From the UHGV virus genome UHGV-0037349: 28,385 nucleotides of DNA; one strand, 5' to 3'. Made by a program: the position numbers and the translations under genes. The notes below the pieces were generated by a model, which was given only the letters and a program-made list of their open reading frames with translations, ran no database searches and had not been told where the DNA came from. The DNA is from a virus. Below, piece after piece: positions 1-8,572 of the stretch (the first letter of the stretch is position 1; the number at the start of each line of letters is the position of its first letter).

Positions 1-10
1 GATAGTTAGC

Positions 11-1069
11 TTGGTGGGCATCGGAGATCACTTATTATCACGAGTATTCATGAAATCACTCCGCGATGATGAAAAATATAAGCACGCTAAATTCACCTTG
101 CTTGGCAACACTGCATTCAAAGATTTTTCTCTCAAGTTTGATATGAATATATTTAATCATTTCATTTGGGTTGATTGTAATAAGGTTACTCCTTATGTGC
201 AAACCAAAGAGAGCACATATACTAAGATTAAAAATAAAGCCATCAGGTTTTACATCAGAAATTTAATTAAGCACTCAAATTTCGATGAGATTATAGTTCC
301 AGATTGGTGGGGTGCGTCAACTACTTTGCGTGTTACTCCATTTATCTCTAGTGTGAGGGATAGAGCCATCATCAATGGTATGAATATACCTGACCATCAA
401 AGGGAGTTTTTTGGCTATTCCACAAAGCCGGATATTGATTTTTCAAAGCATGTCCTGGATATGAATAAAGAGTTTTTCTCTGAGATTATACCATTTCCTA
501 AATTCGAAGTTGAAATTCCACTAAAAAATAAAAATAAAGACAGTGGCAAGATTGATATTTGCATTTCACTGGGAGCCTCTGCGCCTTTTAAAAAATACCC
601 TGTATTACAATTAGCAAATGTAATAAACAGCATATCATCTTCATACAATGCCAATTTTAAAATCATTGGCTCCAATGATGAAATTTCAGATTACAATGTT
701 CTTATTGAGCATATCGATAACAAGGATATTGTAGCAGGTTTTGTTGGAAGGACTACATTATCTGAGTCGTGCGATATTGTTCTTTCATCTGAACTTTTGA
801 TTGCAAACGACACAGGCATGTTCCATGTTGGTGCTCTGGCAGGGATTAAAACTGTTTGTATTTCGAATGGTACTGGTTTGCATGCATTTGTGCCATACCC
901 TGAGGAATTTTCGAACTGTATTACGGTTTTCCCACCAGAGATACAAAACAAGGTAGGCACAAAAGATTTTATAAATGCACATGGCTGGTCTGGCTCAGCA
1001 ATTCCGATGTCGAATATATCACCAGACGATGTTCTTGCGGCTTGTTATAAATTGCTAAATAAAAAATAG
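11..1069 (+). CDS. Glycosyltransferase family 9 (LPS heptosyltransferase-like) protein; start uncertain and possibly 5'-truncated by the window edge
   Basis: Translation carries GT9-like motifs: GASAPFKKYP mid-protein and LLIANDTGMFHVGALAGIKTVCISNGTG near the C-terminus (compare recalled WaaC/WaaF/WaaQ pattern NDSGxMHxAAAL). The reading frame is open to position 2 with no in-frame stop, and the first start is a TTG at 11. Strongly AT-rich compared with the phage backbone. Confidence 0.55.
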   Translation: MVGIGDHLLSRVFMKSLRDDEKYKHAKFTLLGNTAFKDFSLKFDMNIFNHFIWVDCNKVTPYVQTKESTYTKIKNKAIRFYIRNLIKHSNFDEIIVPDWWGASTTLRVTPFISSVRDRAIINGMNIPDHQREFFGYSTKPDIDFSKHVLDMNKEFFSEIIPFPKFEVEIPLKNKNKDSGKIDICISLGASAPFKKYPVLQLANVINSISSSYNANFKIIGSNDEISDYNVLIEHIDNKDIVAGFVGRTTLSESCDIVLSSELLIANDTGMFHVGALAGIKTVCISNGTGLHAFVPYPEEFSNCITVFPPEIQNKVGTKDFINAHGWSGSAIPMSNISPDDVLAACYKLLNKK

Positions 1070-1079
1070 ATGAAGTAAT

Positions 1080-1475
1080 TCAAGCTGGCTTTTCCGGCCA
1101 GCTAATCTCTGCATTAGTGTTAGCGTCAATCCTGCTCAGCAATACCCGGTATTGCTTCCACAATGGCAGCGCTACGGTTTCTGCATCTGTCGCCATACTC
1201 AAATCAACAGCATCCTGTAAAACGCTAATCTGTTGTGTCGCCTCACTCATCAGTGCGTTTTTTGTAGCCAGATTATTGGCTATTTTCTGCTGTTTTGCTG
1301 CCTCAAGTTCTTTATTAGTTGGCGGTGGCGCACTAAAAACATCGTTATCGTAATGCCAGCCGATACCAACACCATCGGTAGAGAGAATGGCACTTGCTGA
1401 TTCGGGCCACTCTGACTCGCCATCCCAGATAACAATATTTTCTACGATACCATTTTTGATAATTGCATAGTTCAT
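1080..1475 (-). CDS. Tail fibre assembly protein (P2 G-like chaperone)
   Basis: 131-aa ORF immediately downstream of the tail fibre gene on the same strand; position and size fit the P2-family tail fibre assembly gene. Confidence 0.7.
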   Translation of the reverse strand: MNYAIIKNGIVENIVIWDGESEWPESASAILSTDGVGIGWHYDNDVFSAPPPTNKELEAAKQQKIANNLATKNALMSEATQQISVLQDAVDLSMATDAETVALPLWKQYRVLLSRIDANTNAEISWPEKPA

Positions 1476-3164
1476 TTACGCATACTCCATAACAATAACC
1501 ACACCCGCAGAGCCATTACCGCCATTAACGTTTTGATTTCCACTGATTGTTGCCGCGCCATTACCACCCGCACCATACCCACCAGGGCCAGAAATAAAGC
1601 TGCCGCCGCCAAGACCGGAACCTACAGTCCCTCCGACTGCTGTTGGGGTTGCCATCACACCGGGTAGCCCGGCGTACCCGTTGCACAAAAGGGCACCCAC
1701 GGTCGAAGTGCCACCATGACCGCCCATGCCACATGACGCAGAGGCGCCTGACGCGGTGCAGCCGTTGCCTGGCTGGCCTCCACCTGCTGAGAGATAAGAG
1801 CCAAAAGTCGTCGTGCCGCCCTGTGCGCCATTGGTTATCGTCGACGCAATACCGCCATTACCACCCGCACCAATCGTGACAAGCACGGTTGATATCGCAG
1901 ACAGGTTAAAGAGACCACGTGCCATTCCGCCGCCACCGCCACCACCACCCGCGGCGTTATAGTTTACTGTGGAAGTTGCCCATCCGCCGCCCCCACCGCC
2001 CCCAATAGCGATGACATCCGCGAACATTGCTCCGGGAGTTTTGGTGTAAGTGCCAGACGTCTTGATTATCTGCATGCCAATCAGACGACCGACTGCGCCG
2101 TTATTTACTAAACCAAGGTATGTGAGAAGACCAGTTACATCCTTTCCACTCAAATTAGTCAGCGTATTGTCCAGCGGTTGTTTACCTGCCAGTGCATTAA
2201 GCATTGTCGTGGCAAAGTTCGGGTCATTCCCCAGCGCCGCCGCCAGTTCGTTCAGTGTATCCAGTGCCGCAGGTGCAGAACCCACCATTGCCGCAATCGC
2301 CGATTTCACAAATGCCGTGGTGGCAATTTGTGTATTGTTGACCGACTGTGCCGCAGTAGGTGCGGTTGGCGTTCCGGTGAGTGCCGGACTCGACAGCGGC
2401 GCTTTCAGTGCCAGCGCATTGTTAATGGTGGTACTGAATTTCGGATCATTGTTAATGGCTGCGGCTATTTCTTTCAGCGTGTCCAGCGTGGCTGGCGCAC
2501 CATTAATAAGAGCCGTCAGAGCCGCCTGAACAAACTCGGTGGTCGCAATCTGCGTGGTGTTATTCCCTGCTGCTGGCGTTGGCGCTTTGGGTGTCCCGGT
2601 AAACGTCGGACTTTCTTTGGGTGCATACTGTGAATGCGGGTCCGGTGCGGCAAGATGTTTTGCCATCTGATCATCCGCGTACACCTTCAGCTCCAGTGCC
2701 TTGTCATCCACATACTTGCGGGGTGCCAGCACTACAGCAGGGTCGATTTTCAGGGTGATATTGTCCGTGCTACTGGTAATCAGCACCATGCGCACGGTCT
2801 GAGTGCGCCCGCTACCTTCAGCCAGTTGCGGCTTATAGCTTTCCGGGCAGTTGCCCACGGCAATCAATGCCCCGGACTCATCAAACAAGCCCACTTCACG
2901 TATCCACCAACCGCCCTCGTTTTCAGGAATCACCTGTTCGGCAATAATCTGACTGCTGTTCTGCGGGTCGATATAGAGCATATTCAGCGCAGCCCGGCGT
3001 TTCTCATTTACCAGTGCAGTCTGCTTTGAGTCTGGCGTTGGCAATACTCCGCCGCCATCGCCGACCGCCATATGGGTAATTTTTAGCGGCACACCGAGCG
3101 CGGCGGCGCTGGCAAGTTTCGCCGCGCCAATATCCGTCAGCAGGGTATAAAATTTTGTGCTCAT
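1476..3164 (-). CDS. Tail fibre protein (P2 H-like)
   Basis: 562-aa ORF; N-terminus MSTKFYTLLTDIGAAKLA resembles the recalled P2 gpH N-terminus; internal tandem ~55-aa repeats (ALDTL..IAAA..NDP.F.TT..NAL twice) and a glycine-rich C-terminal region. Start overlaps the upstream gene stop by 4 bp. Confidence 0.85.
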   Translation of the reverse strand: MSTKFYTLLTDIGAAKLASAAALGVPLKITHMAVGDGGGVLPTPDSKQTALVNEKRRAALNMLYIDPQNSSQIIAEQVIPENEGGWWIREVGLFDESGALIAVGNCPESYKPQLAEGSGRTQTVRMVLITSSTDNITLKIDPAVVLAPRKYVDDKALELKVYADDQMAKHLAAPDPHSQYAPKESPTFTGTPKAPTPAAGNNTTQIATTEFVQAALTALINGAPATLDTLKEIAAAINNDPKFSTTINNALALKAPLSSPALTGTPTAPTAAQSVNNTQIATTAFVKSAIAAMVGSAPAALDTLNELAAALGNDPNFATTMLNALAGKQPLDNTLTNLSGKDVTGLLTYLGLVNNGAVGRLIGMQIIKTSGTYTKTPGAMFADVIAIGGGGGGGWATSTVNYNAAGGGGGGGGMARGLFNLSAISTVLVTIGAGGNGGIASTITNGAQGGTTTFGSYLSAGGGQPGNGCTASGASASCGMGGHGGTSTVGALLCNGYAGLPGVMATPTAVGGTVGSGLGGGSFISGPGGYGAGGNGAATISGNQNVNGGNGSAGVVIVMEYA

Positions 3165-3766
3165 GGATTCACTCTCATTGTGTCAATAACATGGACCGCC
3201 CCGCCTTCATGCGCGGTGCCGCCAGAAATAATTGTTTCGTTGATATACGGATAGATCGTGATTTCTTCGCCAAGATAGCTGGCGGCCCCCACCCAATGCG
3301 GACCGCTGGTCTGCAGATTGATGGACATGCCGATCATGTGACGGCTACATGGTTTGGCATCGCTTATCAGCCGCTCAAGTTCCAGATAGGTATCTTCAGT
3401 GATGCCCTGGTCCTGCACGCCGATATCCAGGCGAAACGTGCCCGGTGCCTCTCCGGTCTGCCACCACTCAATAATGCGGATCAGAAAGCCGAACGGCTCC
3501 ACCACCCGCCGCACGGCACTGGTGGTTCCTTTATGCTGATGAATATAAAAAGCATCCTTCACCACCTGACGTTTGACGCTTTCTGTCCAGCCCTCGTCCC
3601 AGCGATCCACAGAGAACGCCCAAGCGAGATAAGGCAGGAAACTGACCGGACAGGTTGCCGGATTCCACAAGTCACGCAGCGGCACCTGCAGATCAGAAAT
3701 CCCGCTGCAGGTTTGCGCCAGTCGGCGCTCCAGTGGCGTTGAACCCGGTGGCAGCAGACTATTCAT
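3161..3766 (-). CDS. Baseplate/tail protein (P2 I-like)
   Basis: 201-aa ORF between J-like and H-like genes, co-oriented and overlapping; N-terminus LLPPGSTPLERRLAQ is typical of P2 gpI as I recall it. Confidence 0.8.
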   Translation of the reverse strand: MNSLLPPGSTPLERRLAQTCSGISDLQVPLRDLWNPATCPVSFLPYLAWAFSVDRWDEGWTESVKRQVVKDAFYIHQHKGTTSAVRRVVEPFGFLIRIIEWWQTGEAPGTFRLDIGVQDQGITEDTYLELERLISDAKPCSRHMIGMSINLQTSGPHWVGAASYLGEEITIYPYINETIISGGTAHEGGAVHVIDTMRVNP

Positions 3767-4667
3767 CCGTACCCCCGTTGGTCACGCTCCACTGCGTACA
3801 TGATGCCGCCTGCGTTTTGTTCAGGACCACATCCGCCAGCGGGGAAGCCAGTTCCACACGCTGAACACCCTCAACATGCAGCGCGGCAAAAATGGCGCTA
3901 CGGCGAATATCCCGACCAAGCCGCGTCTGACTGGCGATGTACCTCTGCAGGCTGGCTTTTGCCTCTGCCATTACCGGCTCTGCTTCCGGCCCCGGATAGA
4001 GAAAAATGGTGGCTTCCACGCGGTACGGGATGATTTCCGCGCTGCGAACCGTCAGACGGTCAGCCACCGGGCGGACGTTCTCACTGTTCAGGGCTTTCTC
4101 CACCACATCCAGCAGGTCTTTTTCTGCTGTTCCATCGCCTTCACGGCTTAGGACCGTAAGCACCACCTCTGCAGGTGCCGGACTGGTTGCACTGGCATCC
4201 GCCACCCGACCGTCGGCGCTTCGTGCATGAAACTCATAAGCGGCAGTTGGCCCAGCAACAGAAAGCCCTTCAAAGGCTGCAGGCACACGCAGGCGTAACG
4301 CTTCATCACTTTCCATCACAGCCGCAACGGGCGGTACAGCGTCATCATCAGCAGGTGTCACCGTCAGGCGTTTCACGTTGTAGTTAGCAGCGAGATGGTC
4401 AAGATCGCCGCCCATCGCGTAAGCCACCATCACAGCCTGCGCGGCTTCGTTAATGCGCTGGCGCAGAAGCAACTCACGGTAAGCGTTCTCCTGCAGCAAT
4501 TTGGTGACGGGTTCAGATTCCAGTTCCAGCGTACGCATCACTGCTTCCTGCTCATCTTTCGGATGAAGCGCCACAAATTCTGCCTTGCGTTCGGCAAGCA
4601 GTGTCTCAAAGTCCGGCACATCCACAATCTGCGGCGCAGGTAACTGCGAAAGGTCAATCACTGCCAT
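3759..4667 (-). CDS. Baseplate assembly protein (P2 J-like)
   Basis: ORF track gives 3759..4706; I place the start at the internal ATG (4667) giving MAVIDLSQLPAP, which matches the recalled P2 gpJ N-terminus and removes most of the overlap with W. Confidence 0.8.
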   Translation of the reverse strand: MAVIDLSQLPAPQIVDVPDFETLLAERKAEFVALHPKDEQEAVMRTLELESEPVTKLLQENAYRELLLRQRINEAAQAVMVAYAMGGDLDHLAANYNVKRLTVTPADDDAVPPVAAVMESDEALRLRVPAAFEGLSVAGPTAAYEFHARSADGRVADASATSPAPAEVVLTVLSREGDGTAEKDLLDVVEKALNSENVRPVADRLTVRSAEIIPYRVEATIFLYPGPEAEPVMAEAKASLQRYIASQTRLGRDIRRSAIFAALHVEGVQRVELASPLADVVLNKTQAASCTQWSVTNGGTDE

Positions 4668-5013
4668 TCTCTGCTCCTGTTGATACGGAAAGGGAAACAG
4701 GCACACCGTTATTCCGCCGCCCGGTCAGCTCCACCACCATTGAACCGTCAAAATTGCTGTTGATGGTGATGGAATCCAGCGTCAGCCGTGGCTCCCAGCG
4801 ACTCAGCGCCACATACACTGCCGACATGACCTGCAGGCGTAATGCCGGATTTTGTGGCTGATCTATCAGTGCCGACAGCAGGGAACCATATTCCCGGCGA
4901 GCAATGCGGCTACCCTGCGGTGTCAGCAGAATGTCCCGCACCGACTGGCGCAGATGGTCAATATCAGTAATGGCTTTACCGCTGGTATTGTTCATCCCGC
5001 TATAAAGCGTCAT
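4654..5013 (-). CDS. Baseplate wedge protein (P2 W-like, gp25-like)
   Basis: 119-aa ORF; start ATG overlaps the V stop (ATGA); gene order V-W-J-I-H-G matches P2. Confidence 0.8.
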   Translation of the reverse strand: MTLYSGMNNTSGKAITDIDHLRQSVRDILLTPQGSRIARREYGSLLSALIDQPQNPALRLQVMSAVYVALSRWEPRLTLDSITINSNFDGSMVVELTGRRNNGVPVSLSVSTGAENGSD

Positions 5014-5588
5014 ACCGGGCCTCCGGTTGTATCGCCGCCTTTCAGGACGCCAGTATGCTGATGCACATCAACCACGATCCCGTTAGAACTCATCGCACCG
5101 CCGCCCTGGGTAACGCCGCCATTGATCACTACTTCACTATTAATACGCGTGCGGTCAGCCTCCAGCACAAACTCACTGGTTTTCAGGGTGATATTGTCGG
5201 CAGCCTCAATAACCATGGATTTGATGCCCCTGACATACCAGCGCCCGGTGGCGGGTTCGTATTCAAACCAGCCACCGTCAGGATGTTCTGTCACGCAGGC
5301 GTCCGCCGACGTCGACGGTGGTGCGAACTGATTCGAATAGACAGCGGGCAGCGCAAAGGCGGTCTCCAGATTGCCGCCCAGACTCAGCACCACCACCTGC
5401 TCACCTTCCGATGGTCGCCACCATGTCCGGGCATTCCCGGCACGCAGGGTCAGCCAGCTGATCCAGTTGGTTTCTAAGTCGCCTGTTTTCACCCGGCAAA
5501 GCCAGTTTTCCCTGTCCACTTCCGTGACTACACCAGTGCGGATCAGGTTGGTGATAAGGCGCATGATTTCGGTTAGTTGTGCATTCAT
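5010..5588 (-). CDS. Baseplate spike/assembly protein (P2 V-like)
   Basis: ORF track gives 5010..5609; the internal ATG at 5588 gives MNAQLTEIMRLITNLIRTGVV, matching the recalled P2 gpV N-terminal pattern. Confidence 0.8.
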   Translation of the reverse strand: MNAQLTEIMRLITNLIRTGVVTEVDRENWLCRVKTGDLETNWISWLTLRAGNARTWWRPSEGEQVVVLSLGGNLETAFALPAVYSNQFAPPSTSADACVTEHPDGGWFEYEPATGRWYVRGIKSMVIEAADNITLKTSEFVLEADRTRINSEVVINGGVTQGGGAMSSNGIVVDVHQHTGVLKGGDTTGGPV

Positions 5589-5632
5589 CCTTCTATAGTT
5601 GCAAAGCAAGATTTTTTTTCATCGTTGTGGCA

Positions 5633-5650
5633 GTGTATGATTTTTGGCAC
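5633..5650. promoter_or_regulatory. TGT-N12-ACA element (possible Ogr-type late promoter activator site upstream of V)
   Basis: Sequence TGTatgatttttggcACA lies ~50 bp upstream of the V start. The motif is short and several copies are expected by chance in 28 kb, so this is weak. Confidence 0.2.
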
Positions 5651-6825
5651 AATTGAATTCTCATATGGAGATGACTGAAATGATCTTTGCTGCACGTTAC
5701 TTGGTCGAGTTGCCTTATGTCCTCAATATTCCAGATGGTGATTATGATTTTCTATATGAAAATAACCATTTACGCTTAACAGTTCACAACGATTACTATG
5801 CACTATTTAAAGATGCAAGCTTATTCCCTCAAACCCTATTAATCGGTACCAGAGAACAACTACTACCACATCACACAAATGAAAGAGGGATAATGAAATG
5901 CCGGACTATTATTTCTCTCGCCAACTATTGGGAATGTTTTGACCTTTTAGAAATATCACATGAAGAACTAATCAACTCTATAAGAAACCAAATAAGGAAA
6001 GAAGATAACTTCCCATCTGTGGAAGATGCTGAGATGCTCCTATCCAAAATGAGCCAGCAAGATATAGATAAAAAAATAGAGTTGGAGAGAAAAATAAAAA
6101 CTGCTAGAGAGATATTTCCACCTAAAAGATCAGAGGAATGTATCGGAATAATAAACCACTTTATAAAACAGTATAGAGTTGCCTTTAAAGATCAATTTGC
6201 AGACGAGATATCTCTTTATCAAGTTGGCTCAGGATTTACCAACGGAGTGTTACAAGAGCATTATTGCGATGGTATTAAGATAAGTGCAATTCCTTTAGTT
6301 GGAGTAATCACCCCATTAATGAGAGAAAGCTGGTATAAACACGATGAAAGTCTCATTGATAATTTCAAAAAACGTTTAATGTCAAATGAATTCAATGAAC
6401 ATCCTGAACTATTATTGATTAGAGCAGACAATCTTGTTCATAAAGGTGCATTTAGATCAGCCGTAATTGAAGCATCAGCAGGCCTTGAAAGCTATATTCT
6501 CAGAAAAATTATTAATGCCTTTCATCGCAATGGTATCAATGAATGCCAGACAAAAGAAACATTAAATAAAAACTGGAAGTTCGATGATAGATGTAAAAAA
6601 CTATTCAAACAACTCTTTAACATCTCTGTACCCGAAATTGCGCCACTTGAGTGGCAACATGCAAATAAAAACAGGAAAGAATTACGTGACAAAATAGCTC
6701 ATACATCACATGAACCAACAGAGAAAGAAACAAAAGAATTTATAAAAAGCATCAATTTATTAATTGAAAAAATAGACTCATACTTTAAGAAAATTAATGA
6801 ATCTAACGAATCAAAAAATTTATGA
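5644..6825 (+). CDS. Hypothetical protein, AT-rich cargo gene inserted between V and S; possible HEPN-like C-terminal motif
   Basis: 393-aa ORF on the opposite strand to the tail operon, markedly AT-rich. True start may be ATG 5665, 5671 or 5680 (GGAG at 5667-5670). C-terminal RKELRDKIAHTSHE contains an Rx4H arrangement. No other motif recognised. Confidence 0.6.
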   Translation: MAQLNSHMEMTEMIFAARYLVELPYVLNIPDGDYDFLYENNHLRLTVHNDYYALFKDASLFPQTLLIGTREQLLPHHTNERGIMKCRTIISLANYWECFDLLEISHEELINSIRNQIRKEDNFPSVEDAEMLLSKMSQQDIDKKIELERKIKTAREIFPPKRSEECIGIINHFIKQYRVAFKDQFADEISLYQVGSGFTNGVLQEHYCDGIKISAIPLVGVITPLMRESWYKHDESLIDNFKKRLMSNEFNEHPELLLIRADNLVHKGAFRSAVIEASAGLESYILRKIINAFHRNGINECQTKETLNKNWKFDDRCKKLFKQLFNISVPEIAPLEWQHANKNRKELRDKIAHTSHEPTEKETKEFIKSINLLIEKIDSYFKKINESNESKNL

Positions 6826-7249
6826 TTATCTCTTCTATAATATCAAAATCAGTATCATAAATTCCAAGTAACCTACGTTTAGCATAACGTATCTGTGGCC
6901 CCTTACGGCTGACGCGATCACGCAAGCCGTAATGGTGAACACGGGCAATGCGCTGTACCTTGCCTTCAAACTGCACGCTGGCAGAATCGGCGCTGGCGGC
7001 AGTTTTCAGGTATTTTGTGGTTCGCAGCTTTGCAAACATCTGACGTTTGATGCGCCCCTTTTTACTGCGTGCTGTTACCCGTCGCGGTTCATAACTACTG
7101 CCATCTGGATTGCGTTGCATCCTGATGTTCTGCTGCTGTATCCGGCGCAGTTCCTGCGCCAGCTGGCGCATCATGCGGCTTCTTGCGGCTGGCTCCAGAT
7201 TCGCCAGCAAGGCACTCAGCCAGTCGTCCACTTTCTGCAGTTCAGCCAC
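6803..7249 (-). CDS. Tail completion protein (P2 S-like)
   Basis: 148-aa ORF; sequence MAELQKVDDWLSALLANLEPAARSRMMRQLAQELRR and position between R and V fit P2 gpS. Confidence 0.8.
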   Translation of the reverse strand: MAELQKVDDWLSALLANLEPAARSRMMRQLAQELRRIQQQNIRMQRNPDGSSYEPRRVTARSKKGRIKRQMFAKLRTTKYLKTAASADSASVQFEGKVQRIARVHHYGLRDRVSRKGPQIRYAKRRLLGIYDTDFDIIEEIIINFLIR

Positions 7250-7673
7250 GTTTCACCGTCCACATTTCTTCAGGTTCATCAGGTTCCGCTATAGCTTCAA
7301 CGCTCGACACACTACCGTCAGTGCTGACCAGCACACGCTCCGTCAGTTGCAGGTTCAGGCTGATATCACAGACATCGTTGCGCAGAATATCCACCTCAAA
7401 GGTGAATAGTTTTTCCCGTAACGCCGGGTTATTGATGGCATCGGGCTGGTTATCCCTCAGCCACAGCAAAACCGGGGCCATCAGCAGATTCTGGTCGCCG
7501 CTGAAATCCTCAATCACCGCGTTCAGGGTGTAACGGTACTCCCACGACATGGAGTTGGCCCCCGTGGCAACCAGCGAACCGTTATCCACAAACAGATGCA
7601 GTTTGTCCGGGTTATTGCGGACATAAGGTACCGCTTTATTGAGGGCGTGGCGCAGGGATTGTGGTTTGTTCAC
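7242..7673 (-). CDS. Tail completion protein (P2 R-like)
   Basis: ORF track gives 7242..7694 from a TTG; a GTG at 7673 is preceded by GGAG at about 8 nt spacing and gives NKPQSLRHALNKAV, resembling the recalled P2 gpR N-terminus. Confidence 0.75.
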   Translation of the reverse strand: MNKPQSLRHALNKAVPYVRNNPDKLHLFVDNGSLVATGANSMSWEYRYTLNAVIEDFSGDQNLLMAPVLLWLRDNQPDAINNPALREKLFTFEVDILRNDVCDISLNLQLTERVLVSTDGSVSSVEAIAEPDEPEEMWTVKRG

Positions 7674-7926
7674 TGTTTCGCTCCTGACACGCAATAATCA
7701 TGTCCACTTTGTCTGCACAGACCGCCCAGGCGGCCTCCGTTTCATCCAGCAACGCGTTCAGATCACCGTTAGTGCGCGGCGCTGCCTGATCCAGCCGACA
7801 CGGCGTCACTCGCGGACAACCACTGACGGTAAGCTGCACCTCCGGTGAGTGCCGGACGTTCCCGCAGCCGGATAATGTCAGCAGGCAAAGGAGTATCAGC
7901 CCAGCGGCGTAAACCCTCGTTCTCAC
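7636..7926 (-). CDS. Rz1/LysC-like outer-membrane lipoprotein (o-spanin)
   Basis: 96-aa ORF with signal sequence and lipobox LTLSGC, proline-rich; overlaps the 3' part of the Rz/LysB-like gene in another frame, the classic spanin arrangement. Confidence 0.6.
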   Translation of the reverse strand: MRTRVYAAGLILLCLLTLSGCGNVRHSPEVQLTVSGCPRVTPCRLDQAAPRTNGDLNALLDETEAAWAVCADKVDMIIACQERNSEQTTIPAPRPQ

Positions 7927-8197
7927 GCTTCAGTTCCTCAATTCGGTGTTGTCGTTGTCTCAGCTGCGCGCTGGTCTGTTCTGCGTCGGCATAGAGCCGC
8001 GCCTGCTCCCGGTTATTGGTTTCAGTCAGAATGGACAGGCTGATAAGCTGACTGTTGCTCTTTGCCAGTGCCTGGCTTTTGCTCTGCAGCTCGTCTGCCT
8101 GCGTGCTGATGGTCTGGCTGGCATCAGCCAGCCGCCACGTCTGCCAGCCCAGCGCCGCCAGTAATAACGCCAGCACAACCAGCAGCAACCGGTTCAT
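7769..8197 (-). CDS. Rz/LysB-like inner-membrane spanin
   Basis: 142-aa ORF with N-terminal TM segment (LLLVVLALLLAALGW) followed by a charged helical region rich in Q/R/E; sits in the lysis cassette. Confidence 0.7.
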   Translation of the reverse strand: MNRLLLVVLALLLAALGWQTWRLADASQTISTQADELQSKSQALAKSNSQLISLSILTETNNREQARLYADAEQTSAQLRQRQHRIEELKRENEGLRRWADTPLPADIIRLRERPALTGGAAYRQWLSASDAVSAGSGSAAH

Positions 8198-8571
8198 GCT
8201 GATACCTGTTGCGCAATCTGATTACGGGTCATCCAGAAGGCAATAACGGTCAGCAGATAAAAGACCAGGGTAATAGCCCACCCCGTCCAGGCGAGACTGA
8301 CGACAATCAGCAATCGCATCACCCAGCTGATAAATACGTTTTCTTTTCGGGTAATTGTCTTCAGCAAAGATGCCCTCAACTCCTGCCAGAGCGGGCCATT
8401 CTTAATTAACGCAGCCAGTGCTACCGGAATTACCGCCCATGTCAGCAAACAGGCTACCCAAACGCCGGACGCTGCCAGTACCGGAAAAATCCCCTGCGGA
8501 TACACCATTGCTTCGATTAACAGCGCCATCCATAACATCAGAAACAGCCCGCTGATTAATTTCTTTTTCAT
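8194..8571 (-). CDS. LysA-like membrane protein (lysis timing/antiholin-like)
   Basis: Multi-TM small protein downstream of the endolysin. Start placed at ATG 8571 (MKKKLISG...) with AGGGAG upstream, rather than the ORF-track start at 8643. Confidence 0.6.
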   Translation of the reverse strand: MKKKLISGLFLMLWMALLIEAMVYPQGIFPVLAASGVWVACLLTWAVIPVALAALIKNGPLWQELRASLLKTITRKENVFISWVMRLLIVVSLAWTGWAITLVFYLLTVIAFWMTRNQIAQQVSA

Positions 8572-8572
8572 T

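Noticed and set aside
1083-1103. Short hairpin (AGCTGGC-ttttccg-GCCAGCT) between the convergent glycosyltransferase-like and tail fibre assembly genes as a bidirectional terminator
   Set aside because: The stem is only 7 bp, it lies inside the end of the tail fibre assembly CDS, and there is no adjacent U-tract on either strand.
2050-3029. Several long plus-strand ORFs (159, 151, 131 aa) inside the tail fibre gene region
   Set aside because: They are antisense to a well-supported tail fibre CDS, Arg/Cys/Ala-rich as expected from GC-rich antisense frames, and lack RBS context; treated as spurious. The same applies to the many other antisense ORFs in the track (for example 3155-3742, 11218-11880, 13536-14327, 20370-20876, 21204-21773).
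5633-5650. TGT-N12-ACA motifs as evidence for Ogr-dependent late promoters
   Set aside because: Kept only as low-confidence features: the motif has 6 defined bases and several occurrences are expected by chance in 28 kb, and the spacing to the V start leaves almost no leader.
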